Shown in pieces: positions 13,834 through 26,020 of a DNA stretch of 64,000 bases (positions are counted from its first letter, which is position 1; every line of letters starts with the position of its first letter). Source of the DNA: Mobula hypostoma (taxonomy: Eukaryota); NCBI RefSeq assembly GCF_963921235.1, contig NC_086097.1:130326001-130390000 (forward strand), in the 5' to 3' direction. Position numbers and translations under genes: made by a program. The notes under the pieces are model-generated. The model saw only the letters and a program-made list of their open reading frames with translations. It made no database searches and was not told the origin of the DNA.

Positions 13834-14386
13834 CACTCAGTAGCCACATTATTAGGTGTCTCCTGTACCTAATAATGTGGCCACTGAATGTATGTTCATG
13901 GTCTTCAGCAGCTGTAGCCCATCCACTTAAAAGTTTGACATTTTGTGTATTCAGAGATGCTCTTCTGCATGCCACTGTTATAATGCGTGGTTATTTGAGT
14001 TCCTGTCGCCTTCCTGACAGCTTGAAACAGTCTGGCCATTTTCTTCTGACCCCTCTCATTAGCAAGGCATTTCACCCATGAAACTGCCACTCACTGGATG
14101 TTTATTGTTTTTTGCACCATTCTCTGAAAATTCTAGAGCCTATTGTGTGTGAAAATCCCGGGAGATCAGCAGTTTCTGAGATACTCAAACCACCCCACCT
14201 GGTACCAATAATCATTTTACTTAGATCGCATTTTTCCCCATTCTGATGTTTGGTCTGAACAACAACTGGACCTCTTGACCATGTCTGCATACTTTTATGC
14301 ATTGAGTTACTGCCAGATGATTGGCTGATTAGATATTTGCTTTAACAAGCAGCTGTACAGGTGTATCTAATAATGTAGCCAGAGCG
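13834..14386 (-). mobile_element. Tc1/mariner deletion derivative
   Basis: TIR cactcagtrgccac-ttattaggt with TA flanks (13832-33, 14387-88). Transposase N-terminal remnants GLSISETADLPGFSHT and NERGQKKMARL...RKATGTQITTHYN (ORFs 14102..14302, 13905..14090). Confidence 0.85.
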
Positions 14387-16069
14387 TATGTAGATTGTAA
14401 TTCACAGAAAAATATTGCAAAATATTACAATATAAAAAATTACATTAAATTTCACCTGGTCACATATCTTCGTTTAGCACTCTCTGAAAGTTAATTTCAT
14501 GTCTATGAGAACTCTTAATGCAACTGGCAGCCCTGATATTTTGATGACATCTATGCTACTGGGCAAGAGTGTATCTCAAAATCTGTCAGATTGGTAAATG
14601 GGCGATTCACATTAGATCTTTGCTAGCTGCCTTCTTGCAGGTCAATAGTTATCCCCATCAGTTCAGTATTAATTCCAAAATCCTTACCTTTAGGCTGAAA
14701 TTAAATTGTTTTAAACTCAGTTGCATTATTGAAATCAATGTAAATATCAAAGCTTCAATAGGGGAAGACGAGTCTTAGGGTTGTATACTGCATATATAGT
14801 TTGATAATAAATGCACAGAGTAGTATCAGAATTAGTGCTGAAGAGGGTAAAATTGCTGTTACTTTTCCACAATTGTATGTGATTAACTGAAGTGAATCTA
14901 ATGGGGAAGATTATCTGTTGCATTGTGATCACTGACTGCCTACCATGTGGGCTCCAGCGTAGCACCTGTACAATCTTGTCTCAACTCTTCAGTGAAGCCC
15001 ATAAAATTGAACCCGGTTGCAATCACACAATGGCTTTGATTGTCAGTAACGTCCTGACTCCCAATTCATCAACTGTCAGAAAGGTTAATGTTAATTGCTA
15101 TTTGCAAGTGCCTTTAACATTCAATTTTATTCAGTCGCACTTAGAACCTGTTAAAATAATTGAATATATTAGACATTTTATATGTTTAAATACTAAACAA
15201 AAATCACACAGAAAACATCAATGAGGAACATTGAAACCTAACTGTTAATAAACAATTGAAATCGCTCCAACTCTTCTGAGAGCTAATGTGTCCCAGTCGG
15301 AAAATGGAAATCCTGCAGAATACCCCCACTGCCCTGTCGAGCTTCATGACAAGACTGTCATGAAGGCAGCCACAGCTCAGGCAGAGGGGAGAAGTGATCA
15401 CTGCTGGCTAAGTCTGACACCGGTATGGGACACTGAGAATTCCAGGGGAATACCCGTGTGACTTCCAGTGAAAATCCTAGTGTCAGAGTGGAAGATCTAC
15501 TCTCACAGCTGTACGAATGATGAATTTTCGTGCTGTTTCTGATTTGTTACTTATTCAGCTTTTTTTTTGCTTACAGTTAAACCATAATCATTGCTTTATC
15601 CTTTGATATGATATGCTGCTTTATGTTTGGTTTATTGGAGAGACAATATTCCTTCAGCTTTGCATTCTGGATTACATGATATCATTCTGCACTGTTTCTA
15701 CTTTGCAGCTGTGCATTGCAGTCACTTAATCTTGTCTTTTATATAGTGTTGCAAGAGTATGGGGCTATACTGTATTTTTTTAAAATCAAAAATGTTGTGA
15801 AAATTACAACCAATATCAAATGCAGGTATGACTAACTGTCCTTTGAAGGAATTTGATGCAAAACTTGATGAAATCTGAACACCAATAAATGCCACTTTCT
15901 TCCTCTTGTTCATAGTTGAAGAACTTGGCTTGATTGCACCAGTCAGGCGCATTTGAAAAGAAGGAACTGAATTTATATAGTGTTTATGGCTGAAGAGTTT
16001 TTCCAAAGTACATATTTAAACACTTTTGTGCAGGGAATTATGTAGGAACCTCCTTGCACATTGCATATA

Positions 16070-16748
16070 CACTCAGTTGCCACTTGATTAGGTACCTCCA
16101 GTACCACTGAGTGTATGTTCATAGTCTGCTACTGTAGACTGAATGACTAAAGGTGTGACGTGATGTGTGCTCAGAGAAGCTCTTCTGCACACCAATGCTG
16201 TAATGCGTAGTTATTTGAGTTACTCATAAACACAAGAAAGTCTGCAGATGCTGGAAGTCCAAAGTAACACACACAAAATGCTGGAGAAACTCGGCAGGTC
16301 AGGCAGTATCTATGGAAATGAGACTCTTCAGGAAGGGTCTCGGCCTGGAATATTGACTGTTTACTCATTCCATAGGTACTGACCTGCTGGGTTCTTCCAG
16401 CATTTTGTATTTGAATTGCTGTTGCTTTCCTGGCAGCTTCAATCAGTCTGGCCATTCTCCTCTGACCTCTCTTTTCACTAGGTACTTTTGACCACAGAAC
16501 TGCTGCTCACTGAATGTTTTCTTGCATCACCTCTCAAAAGTGCTGTGCGTGAAAATCCCAGGAGATCAACAGTTTCTGAGACACTCGAACCACCCGTGGC
16601 ACCAACAGTCAAAATCACTTAGATCACACTTCCTCCTGAACTCGTCCGCATTCTTTCATGCACTGAGTTGCTGCCACATGGTTGTCTGATTAGGTACTTG
16701 CATTACAAGCAGGTGTGCAGGTAAACCTAATAAAGTGGCCACTGAGTG
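16070..16748 (-). mobile_element. Second copy of the Tc1 derivative, containing a fold-back PLE insertion (16225-16407)
   Basis: TA-cactcagttgccac...gtggccactgagtg-TA; internal sequence is colinear with 13834-14386. Confidence 0.85.
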
Positions 16749-17809
16749 TATTAATATGGGTATTGGCTTATTCTTTTCATATGTACCTAGATACGGAGAA
16801 AAAGGTTCGAAGGTTCAAAGGTAAAATTTAATGTCAGAGAAATGTATACAATATACATCCTGAAATGCTTTTTCTTTGCAACCATCCACAAAAACAGAGG
16901 AATGCCCCAAAGAATAAACGACAGTTAAATGTTAGAACCCCAAAGCTCCCCCACCAGCTCCCTCCCCCTGCGCGTAAGTGGCAGCGAGCAAAAATGCCCC
17001 CTCCCTCCGCCGGCAAAAAAAAGCATCAGCACCATCACTGAGCACTCAATCGTGAGCAAAGCAACAGCAAGGACACAGACTTGCAGTTACCCCAAAGACT
17101 TTGTGTTTCACCCAGTATTTGGGATAAGGGAGAAAGAGATGTCTTCATTTTCCCAGTGAGCAGGGAGACATAACAAACAACCCGCTGGTTTACGATGTTA
17201 AAAACTTAGTTTTGTTGCCATCCATAAGTACTTTGAGGTGGTAAAAGGGAAAAGCAATAACAGAATCCAGATTATAGTGTTATGGTTACAACTACAGAGT
17301 AAGTGCAGTGCAAGTAAGGTGCATGGACCATGATGAAGGAGATTGTGAGGACAGGAATTTATCTTTAGCCATGGGACAGAGGCTGGCAGTGCATACTTTC
17401 AAGTTTTTGTATTGTTTGCTAAATAGGAGGGCGTTTGGAGAGAATGTGTGGGGTGGGAGGGTTCTTGATTTTGCTGGCTGCTTCCCTTAGGCAGCATGGC
17501 AATGTGCCACAACCGGCAGTGTGATAGTCACTTTCCCTAGTGGTGCAGAATAAATATTGACTAGGGGTAACTTCATAAGTGTGCAGATGTTCATCTCAAT
17601 AGGGAGCACTAAACACACTACATAGAAACACACTGGACTCTGCCTGCGAAATTTCATTGACTTCAAAGGAATTTAGTTTCAGAGTTATATCATTCTGCAA
17701 GAATAGTATAAATGGCATTAACATATCCGACTAGGAATGACTTTTAAGGTCCCACATTTTGCATTTGCCTGAAAAAATGGTTGATGGTCTTTGATAAATG
17801 TATCATCTG

Positions 17810-17930
17810 CAAGATGACATCTCTGACAGTGAGGAGCCTTCCTCAGTGCTGCACCAGAATGCCAGCCAAGAATTTTGTGCTCAAGTCTCCAGAGTAGGAC
17901 TCAAGCTCACGGTATCCAACACTGGCAACA
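17810..17930 (-). mobile_element. Ancient SINE remnant (DeuSINE/SacSINE-like)
   Basis: gacagtgaggagccttcctcagtgctgcaccagaatgccagccaagaattttgtgctcaagtctccagagtaggactcaa; related remnants near 5370-5570, 30775-30830 and 39640-39855. Confidence 0.45.
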
Positions 17931-18434
17931 ATTCTGCCCACAAATGACAGATGTGGACATGCTTGAACTTTACACAGCGAATAGAGTGTCCGAGTTTTCA
18001 GTCATTTGAAAAGACTTTCACACATTGAGTTAATTATTGTCTGAAAAATTCTTTGCTTCGTTCAGTACTTATGAATCTCGCTTTGGCCCAACTCGCCTTG
18101 TATGAGTTGAAATATGACATTGTAAATCATCTTTAATATTTTTTTATTAGAAGGCAGCGCCGAGTTGGATTTGGATTTGACTTTTAGTCCCACATGACAC
18201 ACACATCTGAGCTGAACTTGGCAATGGTGTTTGAATAATTATAAGCAATGATACCATACTTTCTTCCACATATTAAAGTATAGATTAATCAAGAAAAATC
18301 AGATAATACAGAATACATTAGCTTTTAGAAGAAACTACAAACAGCATTCTGTCAAGTGGATATATCTTAATGGTATTTATAATATCAACATAAAAAGCAG
18401 GAAAATTTAAAGAATCCCTGGCTTCATGGTATTA

Positions 18435-18925
18435 TCATCATTCAGGCCTGACATAGTCACTCTTAGTCAGAAACCTTGAAGCAGGCAGTTTTGATAGAAC
18501 TGACAGTGGCTTGGGAAGACCGGATTGAGGAGGCATTCGACTGTAAGTGGGACAACTACTTAGAGCTGGTAGAGCAGTGCCAGAGATAGGGGCAGCTGAC
18601 ACTTTCCAAGTCTATAGAGGTGGGATGTAGAGGCTTTACTGGCTGTTTGCTGTGCAGAACCTCTCCCTTTGGCATCACAGAATTGCAAAGCAAAAGGCCA
18701 TCAGGACTGTCACAAAGCCTGCTGAATGTACCTCCGGATTGTTCTGGATCAAGAGCTGTGACCCGCTGACCAATACTGCTGGGATCCAACCTGGGGTTGA
18801 TCAACCCTGTTTGGGTCACCTAGGCAAAGGTGTCTGATGTTGAAAGACTTGAAACACCCAATGACTCTAGGTTACGTCACTGATGATGTGTCCCGGGACA
18901 TCTAGGATGTATCTCAGCATCTCAT
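18435..18925 (+). mobile_element. HERO-like (R2 superfamily) non-LTR retrotransposon 3' fragment: restriction-like endonuclease plus structured 3' UTR
   Basis: RPDIV (18444-18458), then after a frameshift KQAVLIELTVAWEDRIEEAFDCKWDNYLELVEQCQR*G...IEVGCRGF, then KAIRTVTKPAECTSGLFWIK. This is a PD-(D/E)xK REL domain of the HERO type. Confidence 0.8.
18829..18892 (+). ncRNA. Candidate permuted/pseudoknotted hammerhead-like RNA
   Basis: GUC (18832-34), GAAA (18851-54) and CUGAUGA (18880-86), with stems I and III in correct register and a weak stem II; see finding. Confidence 0.45.
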
Positions 18926-19681
18926 CAGATAAATTATACATGTAATCATATGTCTTAGGGGTTTGTTATTTGGAAGTGATTATTAACAATTTCCTTCATA
19001 TTCTGTATTCTTTTATTGTCTTATTAAATTCAATGCTTCTTTTTTCATTCTGTTCATCCTTGGGTTTTAGTGCCATTTATTGGAATATTTCTTCCACTGA
19101 ACAGTACATTAAAACTACAGAAGAGCTTTGCTTGATCAATTTCTTAGCCTACTTGATTTGTATGGGGAAGTAATTTGATAAGAGACTAGTGTGATGTTCT
19201 TGCTCCAAAATATACATACTGTGGCATATTATGATATGCAATATTATAATATTATGAATGCTATATGTAAATGAATATGTTTAAATGAGTATATGATGTA
19301 GGCACCATTTATTGTTGTGGCTTACTGTTAGTCTGGGATCAACTACACTGTAGACATCATGGTGCTTCATGTATTCCAGTAGTTTAACTTTGTATGTAAC
19401 ACTCCCCAAATACATGACATATACAACAATGGAACAATACAGAGACAATTAATATATCCGCTGCTCAGGAATGCAAGTAGCACAATCATTATGTAACAGG
19501 ACTAACAATTCGGAGATAGGCACTAAGATTTTGCAGATATGAATTCACAAAAGTGGCTGGAAATTTGAACATTCAGTTACATAAATTTTTAAAAATGCTC
19601 ATGTCTGTACTGGTGATCTGGATACTTCTGGGTTGCTCCTAAAATTGAGCTAGGCCAGGTATCTTTTAGGAAGTTCCAAGT

Positions 19682-20812
19682 TCAAAGTTCAAAGTTCAAA
19701 TTAAGATTATTATCAAAGTACATACTGTATAGATTCATTTTCTTGCAGGCATTCAATGTAGAAGAAAGGGATACCACAGAATCAATACAAAATTCACACA
19801 AAGACTGGCAAACAACCAATTGGCCAAAGAAGACAAACTGTGCAAATACAAATAACAATAACAATGATAATAATAATAATAAATGATTTATTATCACAGA
19901 TAGGACAATCTATAATAACCATCCACATATAATTCACAGGATTAATAAATATAGCCACTCCAAACACACAACATGCGGAAATCAATGTGAAAAACACCAG
20001 AAATATGCTAAATTAAAGGAGGAAATTGAAAGACTATGGAACATGAACAGGGTATACATTGTCCCAACAATAATATCTATGACTGGCGTCACCCCAAAGT
20101 CACTACACAATATCATTAAACAGTTAGGCCGACACAGCAATGTTTATGTAAATCTCCGGAAAGCAACAATACTAAACACCACTGGAATAGTCCAAAAATT
20201 CCTAACAATTGAGAAATGAGTGTGCTTGGCTATGAGTTGAGAAAAATAAATAATCCTGCAAATATGAGTTGTAGAGTCCTTGAAAGAGAGCCCTTAGGTT
20301 GTGAAATCATTTCGGTGTTGAGATGAGTGAAGTTGTCCATGCTAGTTCAGGATTCTGATGGTTGAAGGTTAATAACTGTTCGTGAACCAGGTAGTGTGGA
20401 ACGTGAGGCTCCTGTAGCTCCTTCCCAATTGCTGCAGCATGAAAAATGCAAGGCCTGCCTGGATGGTGGGGGTCTGTGATGATGGATGTTGTTTTCTTGT
20501 GGCAGTGTTCCTTGTGGATATGCTTAATGGTAGAGAGGGCTTTTCCTGTGATGGACTGGGCTGTATTCACTACTTTTTGTTTGCTTTCCTGTTCTTGGAC
20601 ATTGGTATTTCCATACCAGGCCATAATTCAGCTGGCCAAGGACACTCTCCATTCTGCATCGATAGAAGTTTGTTAAAGTTTTAGATGACATGCCAAATTT
20701 GTGAAAACATCAAGGAAAGAGGTGCTGCCATGCCATCTTTGTAGTGACACTTACGTGCTGGTCAGGGCAGATCCTCTGAAATGATAACACCAAGGAATTT
20801 AAACCAACTGAC
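19682..20812 (-). mobile_element. Rex1/Babar-type LINE 3' portion, interrupted by an R4/Dong fragment
   Basis: ORF 20307..20624 MAWYGNTN...KVVNTAQSITG...SIITDPHHPG; (ttcaaag)n tail at 19682. Confidence 0.8.
19885..20250 (+). mobile_element. R4/Dong-like non-LTR retrotransposon 3' fragment next to a (TAA)n tract
   Basis: IITDRTIYNNHPHII...KHQKYAKLKEEIERLWNMNRVYIVPTIISMTGVTPKSL...LRKATILNTTGIVQKFL (REL domain). It follows (TAA)5 at 19868-19882 and ends aaaaataaataat. Confidence 0.75.
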
Positions 20813-20829
20813 CCGTATGCTGAGGTATA

Positions 20830-22300
20830 GTCAAAATCTTTCCTTGCATATTGTCCATACAGGTTAATTCATTACAGCAGGCCAGTGAGGTAGTATAAGG
20901 TAAAGCAATAACAGAATGCAGAATACTTTATACTTTATTGTCGCCAAACAATTGATACTAGAGCGTACATTCATCACAGCGATATTTGATTCTGCTCTTC
21001 TTGCTCCCTGGAGTACAAGTCGATAGTAAATATTAAAAATTTAAATTATAAATCATAACTAGAAAATAGAAGTGGGAAAGTAAGGTAGTGCAAAAAAACT
21101 GAGAGGCAGGTCCGGATATTTGGAGGGTATGGCTCAGATCCGGGTCAGGATCCATTCAGCAGTCTTATCACAGTTGGAAAGAAGCTGTTCCCAAATCTGG
21201 TATTCCCTATGAGTACATAGGGAATAAAGTGTTACGGTTACAGAGAAAGTGCAGTGCAGGCGGACCATAAGGTGAAAGGTCACAGTGAGGTAGATTGTGA
21301 GGGCAAGAATCCATCTTATTGTTCCAGGGGTCTGTTCAATGGTCTTATAATAGCAGAATAGAAGCTTTCCTTAAGCCTGGTATTGTGTGCTTGCAAGCTT
21401 TTGAATCTTCTGCCCATTGGGAGGGGGAGGAGAGAAAATATCTGCGGTGTCTTTACTCAGGTAGCAAGAAGAGTTCCAGGAGAGTGGGCTGGTTTCCATG
21501 ATGTCCTGTAATGTGTCCACAACTCTCTGCAGGTTCTTGCAGTAACGGGCAGAGCATATATATCTGGTTAAAATGCTTTCTATGGTATGTCAATAAAAAT
21601 TGGTGAGGGTTATCAGGGACGTGCCTAATCTCTTGAGCTTCCTGAGGATGTAGAGGTGCTCATGATTTTTCTTGGCCATGGTATTAGCGTGGTTGGACCT
21701 GTGTAAGTTATTGGTGATGCTCACTCCTAGGAATTCAAAGCTCTTAACTTTTTTGACCTCAGCACCATTGATGTAAACAGAAGCATTCTCACCACCCCCT
21801 CATCCTGAAGTGATGACCAGCTCTTCTGTTTTGCTGAGATTGATGGAAAGATTATTGTTATTATACCATGTCACCTGGCTCTTTGTCTCCTCTGACTCTG
21901 GTTATTTGAGATATGGCTCACTACGATGATATCATTTGCAAACTTGTATATGGAGTTAGAGCAGAATTTGGCCACGTGGTCATGAGTACATAGGGACTAG
22001 AGTAGGGTGGGTGAGGATGCAGCCCTGTGAAGCACCCGTGTTGAGGATAATCATGGCAGACGTACTGCTGGCTTTTCTTACTGATAGTAGTCTGTTGCTC
22101 AGGAAATAAAGGATCTAATTGCAAAGGGAGGGGTTTCCGCCCAGGTCTAGGCATCTGGAGATGAGATTGTTTGGAATTATAGCATTGAAGGCAAAGTTGT
22201 AGTCAATAAACAATAGTTTGTCATACTGTGTCTATCTTTGTTGTCCATGTGCTTCAGAGATGAGTGTAGGACCAGGGGGATAGCATCTGCCATATAGATG
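20830..22300 (-). mobile_element. Rex1/Babar-type LINE RT fragment with a second nested 3' tail (~20928-21200)
   Basis: Antisense YKFANDII, FEFLGVSITNNL and HLYILRKL remnants. Confidence 0.7.
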
Positions 22301-23309
22301 CTTTACCTTGTTTTTCTTAGGTACCAGAATGATAGTGTCTTTAAAGCAGGTGGGAACCTCAGATCAAAGCAGGGAAAGGTTAAAAAGGTCTGCAAAAACA
22401 CCCGCTGGCTGATCTTCACAGAAACTAATGATACGGCCAGGAACAAAACCTGGGCCAGATGCTTTCCGCAGGTTCACTCTCCAAAAGTTCACAACAGTGA
22501 CTATGGGCTCAGGTGCATTGCAGGCTGTTGGGGTTGGCAGCGATATTCTGATCCCCCTCCGTTCAAAGTATGCATAGAACGCATTGAGCTAATTGTGAAG
22601 GGATGCACTATTCTCAGTGATGCAGGCTGACTTCATCTTGCAGCTCATTATAACATGTAAGTCCCGCCAAAACTGATGGCTGTTCTGGGACTTGGTTTTG
22701 GCCTGGTATTATGTCTGTTTTATTTGGGTACATGAGGAGAAATTGAATTATGATGCAGCAAAAAGTATGGATGTGAAAATTGTTTGCCTGGGATGATAAA
22801 CTGTTTAGATTGATAATTAAAATGATGTACTGGATGCCTTATTACTGTGCTATGACCATCTCTGTAAAGCAAATGTTGGAAGTTTAAAAAAAAGTAGTTT
22901 ACACACAAAAGAACATTTGCTATTAAATATGGATGGCATTTTCATATCTAGTGTTTATTCATGTGTTCCTTTGAGCAGTTTACCCTTTTTTAGATTTTAC
23001 TAGCTCTTAAAGGAATGCTTTAACCTTTTAAGGACAATTTGCTGAGTTTATGAATATAAACAAGATTAGATGACATTGACATTTTAGGACAACTGCCATC
23101 CCCCATGCTGGTATTAGAAAGCAGAATCGCAAATTATCAAAGGTGATCTCGAATTATAAGAGTGTGTGATTTCATTTGGCTGGAAGGCAATTAATTCATT
23201 TTTTTTCCCTGCTCAGTATTGTATGGAATTTACAAGATAGAAACAAACCATTTAGCCCAACAATATTTATGCCCCACGTGAGTCTGTTTGCACATAAAAT
23301 AATTTTACC

Positions 23310-23600
23310 TCAGAGTCATAGAATTATAGAGCACAGAAGCAAGCTCTTCAGTCTAAATCAATTATGCTGAAAAAGAGGCCTCTCTGAGCTGGTTCCATTT
23401 GACTGCATTTGGCCCATATCCCTCTAAACCTTTCTATCCATGTGCCAATCAAAATGACATTTAAACATTATACATAATTGTGCCCACCTCTACTATTTCC
23501 TCTGGCAGTTCATTCCATACAACTACGACCCTCTGTGTGGGGTGAGGGGGGGAACTTGCCTCTCAGGTTTCCTTTAAATCTTTCCTTTCTCACATGAAAT
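23310..23600 (-). mobile_element. CR1 LINE 3' end, old
   Basis: Antisense CR1 terminal block (atttggcccatatccctctaaacctttctatccatg...). Confidence 0.6.
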
Positions 23601-24789
23601 TTATTCAATTTACATAAAGTTCCATTTCCTTCTCCCTCATGAACTTATTGAGTTTAAATGCTCTGATAACGGCCGTTCCAGACTCATGATGAACAGTTTT
23701 GGCCCAAAATGTTGACTGTTTATTCCCTTCTGTGGAAGTTGATTGACCTGTTGTGTTCCTCCAGCGGTTTGTGTGTGTGTGCTGTATTGCTTCATGTTCG
23801 GCCATTTAACTCTTTCTTGAAAATAGGGTTGAGTATCAAAAACATTCAAAGTCTTCATCTGTCTTTGGCGGTTGGCAATTTCAGAGGTGACGCAGATTAG
23901 AGGTTGAAGTTTTTCACTCTTTTTGTGCAGTCCCTTTCCTCATTTGCTGTGACACTGACACAGGATGACAGTAAGGCAATGCCATCTTGTTTAGCATGCA
24001 GATCTCAACAGTGAGGCTTCCAATTGGCTTTCCAGAACAAGCATTGGTTAACCCCACCCTCCCCCACAGGGGTCTCTTCAAAACTCTGCTGCCTTGTATT
24101 ATAGAATTTGCACACCTCTGGGTTCATTGCCCACGTTGATTCATCGACCGACAATATGTTCATTTTAAGGTTACCATCCTTCCTCATACCAACTTCATAT
24201 TCTTTACTTTCTTTCAATTCTGGCTTCTTAAGCATCCTAGATTCTAATTATTTCATCATCGATGCCGATGCATTGATCCTAACCTTCGGAATTCCCAACC
24301 TGAACCTTTTCCTCTCTCTATCCTTCTTTAATAAGCTTCTTAGCAGAAATACTTCAACAACCTTAATATTTCCTTAGGTGACATGGCTGGAAATAGTATT
24401 TGATAATGCTTCTTTAACATGATTTGGGCCGTTTAGCTAAGATGAAAATGCCAAATCCATGAAGTCATTGTAAAGTGAAGAATACAATTGCAAACTGATC
24501 AATCTTAAGTATTTCTATTTATTGTGTTTTATAATTATTATTGTGTTCTTTTACTTAGTATGTTTATGTGGGCTGCCTTGGATCCAGAGTAACAATTATT
24601 TTGCTCTCCTTTGCACTTGTATACTGGAAGTGACATTAAACAATCTTGAATACCATTCTTTGTAAAATAAGAGTTTTAATTAAAGTAAAACCCCAGCAGA
24701 ACAAAGATAATTTAATATTTGTACAGACCTATGCCAACATTTTCTTGAGTAGAAACACAAAATTCAATGGATTACTTCAAATTGTGCTT

Positions 24790-24795
24790 TTTATT
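24790..24795 (-). terminator. Candidate distal polyadenylation signal AATAAA
   Basis: tttatt on the plus strand, near the end of the repeat-free block, with U/GU-rich sequence downstream on the minus strand. Confidence 0.5.
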
Positions 24796-26014
24796 ATATA
24801 TTACATGTAGAAAATATTTGCATAATTTCCATTAAACAGGTTACACTAACAGCAAGAATGCAAAAAAAACACTGATACAAATATACAGGAAAAAAAACAA
24901 GCTTTGGAGAATTAGAGCCACAACGCACAATACAGGAACTTTGTCTATTTAACTTAAGAGCCATTCCTGAAATGAAATGAAAAAGTGGCGTGTGTTTTGC
25001 TCTAGAGATTTCAACCAGTTATTATACATTCTAATTTGGGTTCCAAGTCCAGCCTCTCCTCTGGTTTCCTTCTGGGAATTCTTATTGAAAGACAAAATGT
25101 TCCTTCCCCTATAAAATCTAGCGCAAATACAAACTGAAAAAAAAGCAAGGTTTACTTATATAAAGGAAAGATGCAGGTGGTGCTTTAGGAGATTGGAAAT
25201 GGCTGCAACTTATCAAAAATCTGTTATCTGGGCCAATGGAGAGTCTTGCAGTAAACTGCAAATATTCACTTCCGATGCGATGCAGTTATATTGCAACAGT
25301 AAGCTGCCTTTTCAAAGCCTTACATCAGCAAGATAAAAGCAGTATTGTATTGTTTTTGCATTGCTGTATTATGCTTGCAGGATTTACTGCTCAGGCATAG
25401 TTGAAGAAAGTTATCCTGCTACACAAGTTGTATAAACAACTATTTCAGCATTCCTCCTAATTATATTTCTACATGACAGTCCTAGGGTAATAGTAATGGT
25501 ATAAAACAAACCAGTAACGCTGCATTAACAACATAAAGAAAATGGAGAAAATGCATGAGGTTTCCTTCTCACATGACTGAGCATGATTTTCTCTTTACCT
25601 TTAATGTCACTCCCAGAAGTTGCTCTTCTCTTGCCTTTTATCTGTCAGAAGCCACTATTTGAATGTTAAACAGACAAACCTCATCTTAAACAGACCTAAA
25701 TTTGTGTTTGCATGGATGGGTGCAATAGGAAGATCAGAGGCAGAGGAGAAAAAGTGACGTCAAACAACATGACGGTAGTCTACATTAATTGAACATGTAA
25801 GCTGTATTGCACATTGATTCAGACCCCAGCAAACATCCTCTCCTGGAAGGCAGAAGTCTCAGAATTTGTCCCAGTTAGGACACTTAAGTAGGAAAAGTAT
25901 TGCCACAATATGTCCTGAACTCCTCACAGTAATCTACTGGGTCGGCTTTGTGGTAAGAATTGTAATAAGGCAATAACAGGAGCACAAATAATCTGTTGCC
26001 ATTTGGTTTTTCAT

Positions 26015-26020
26015 TTTATT
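26015..26020 (-). terminator. Candidate proximal polyadenylation signal AATAAA
   Basis: tttatt on the plus strand within the putative UTR. Confidence 0.3.

Noticed and set aside
1..24700. Exons of a neighbouring gene such as CTDP1
   Set aside because: No recognisable non-transposon peptide or CpG island was found; small exons could still be missed.
25755..25762. Perfect CRE TGACGTCA as a regulatory site
   Set aside because: A single 8-mer is expected about once by chance in 64 kb, and there is no supporting cluster.
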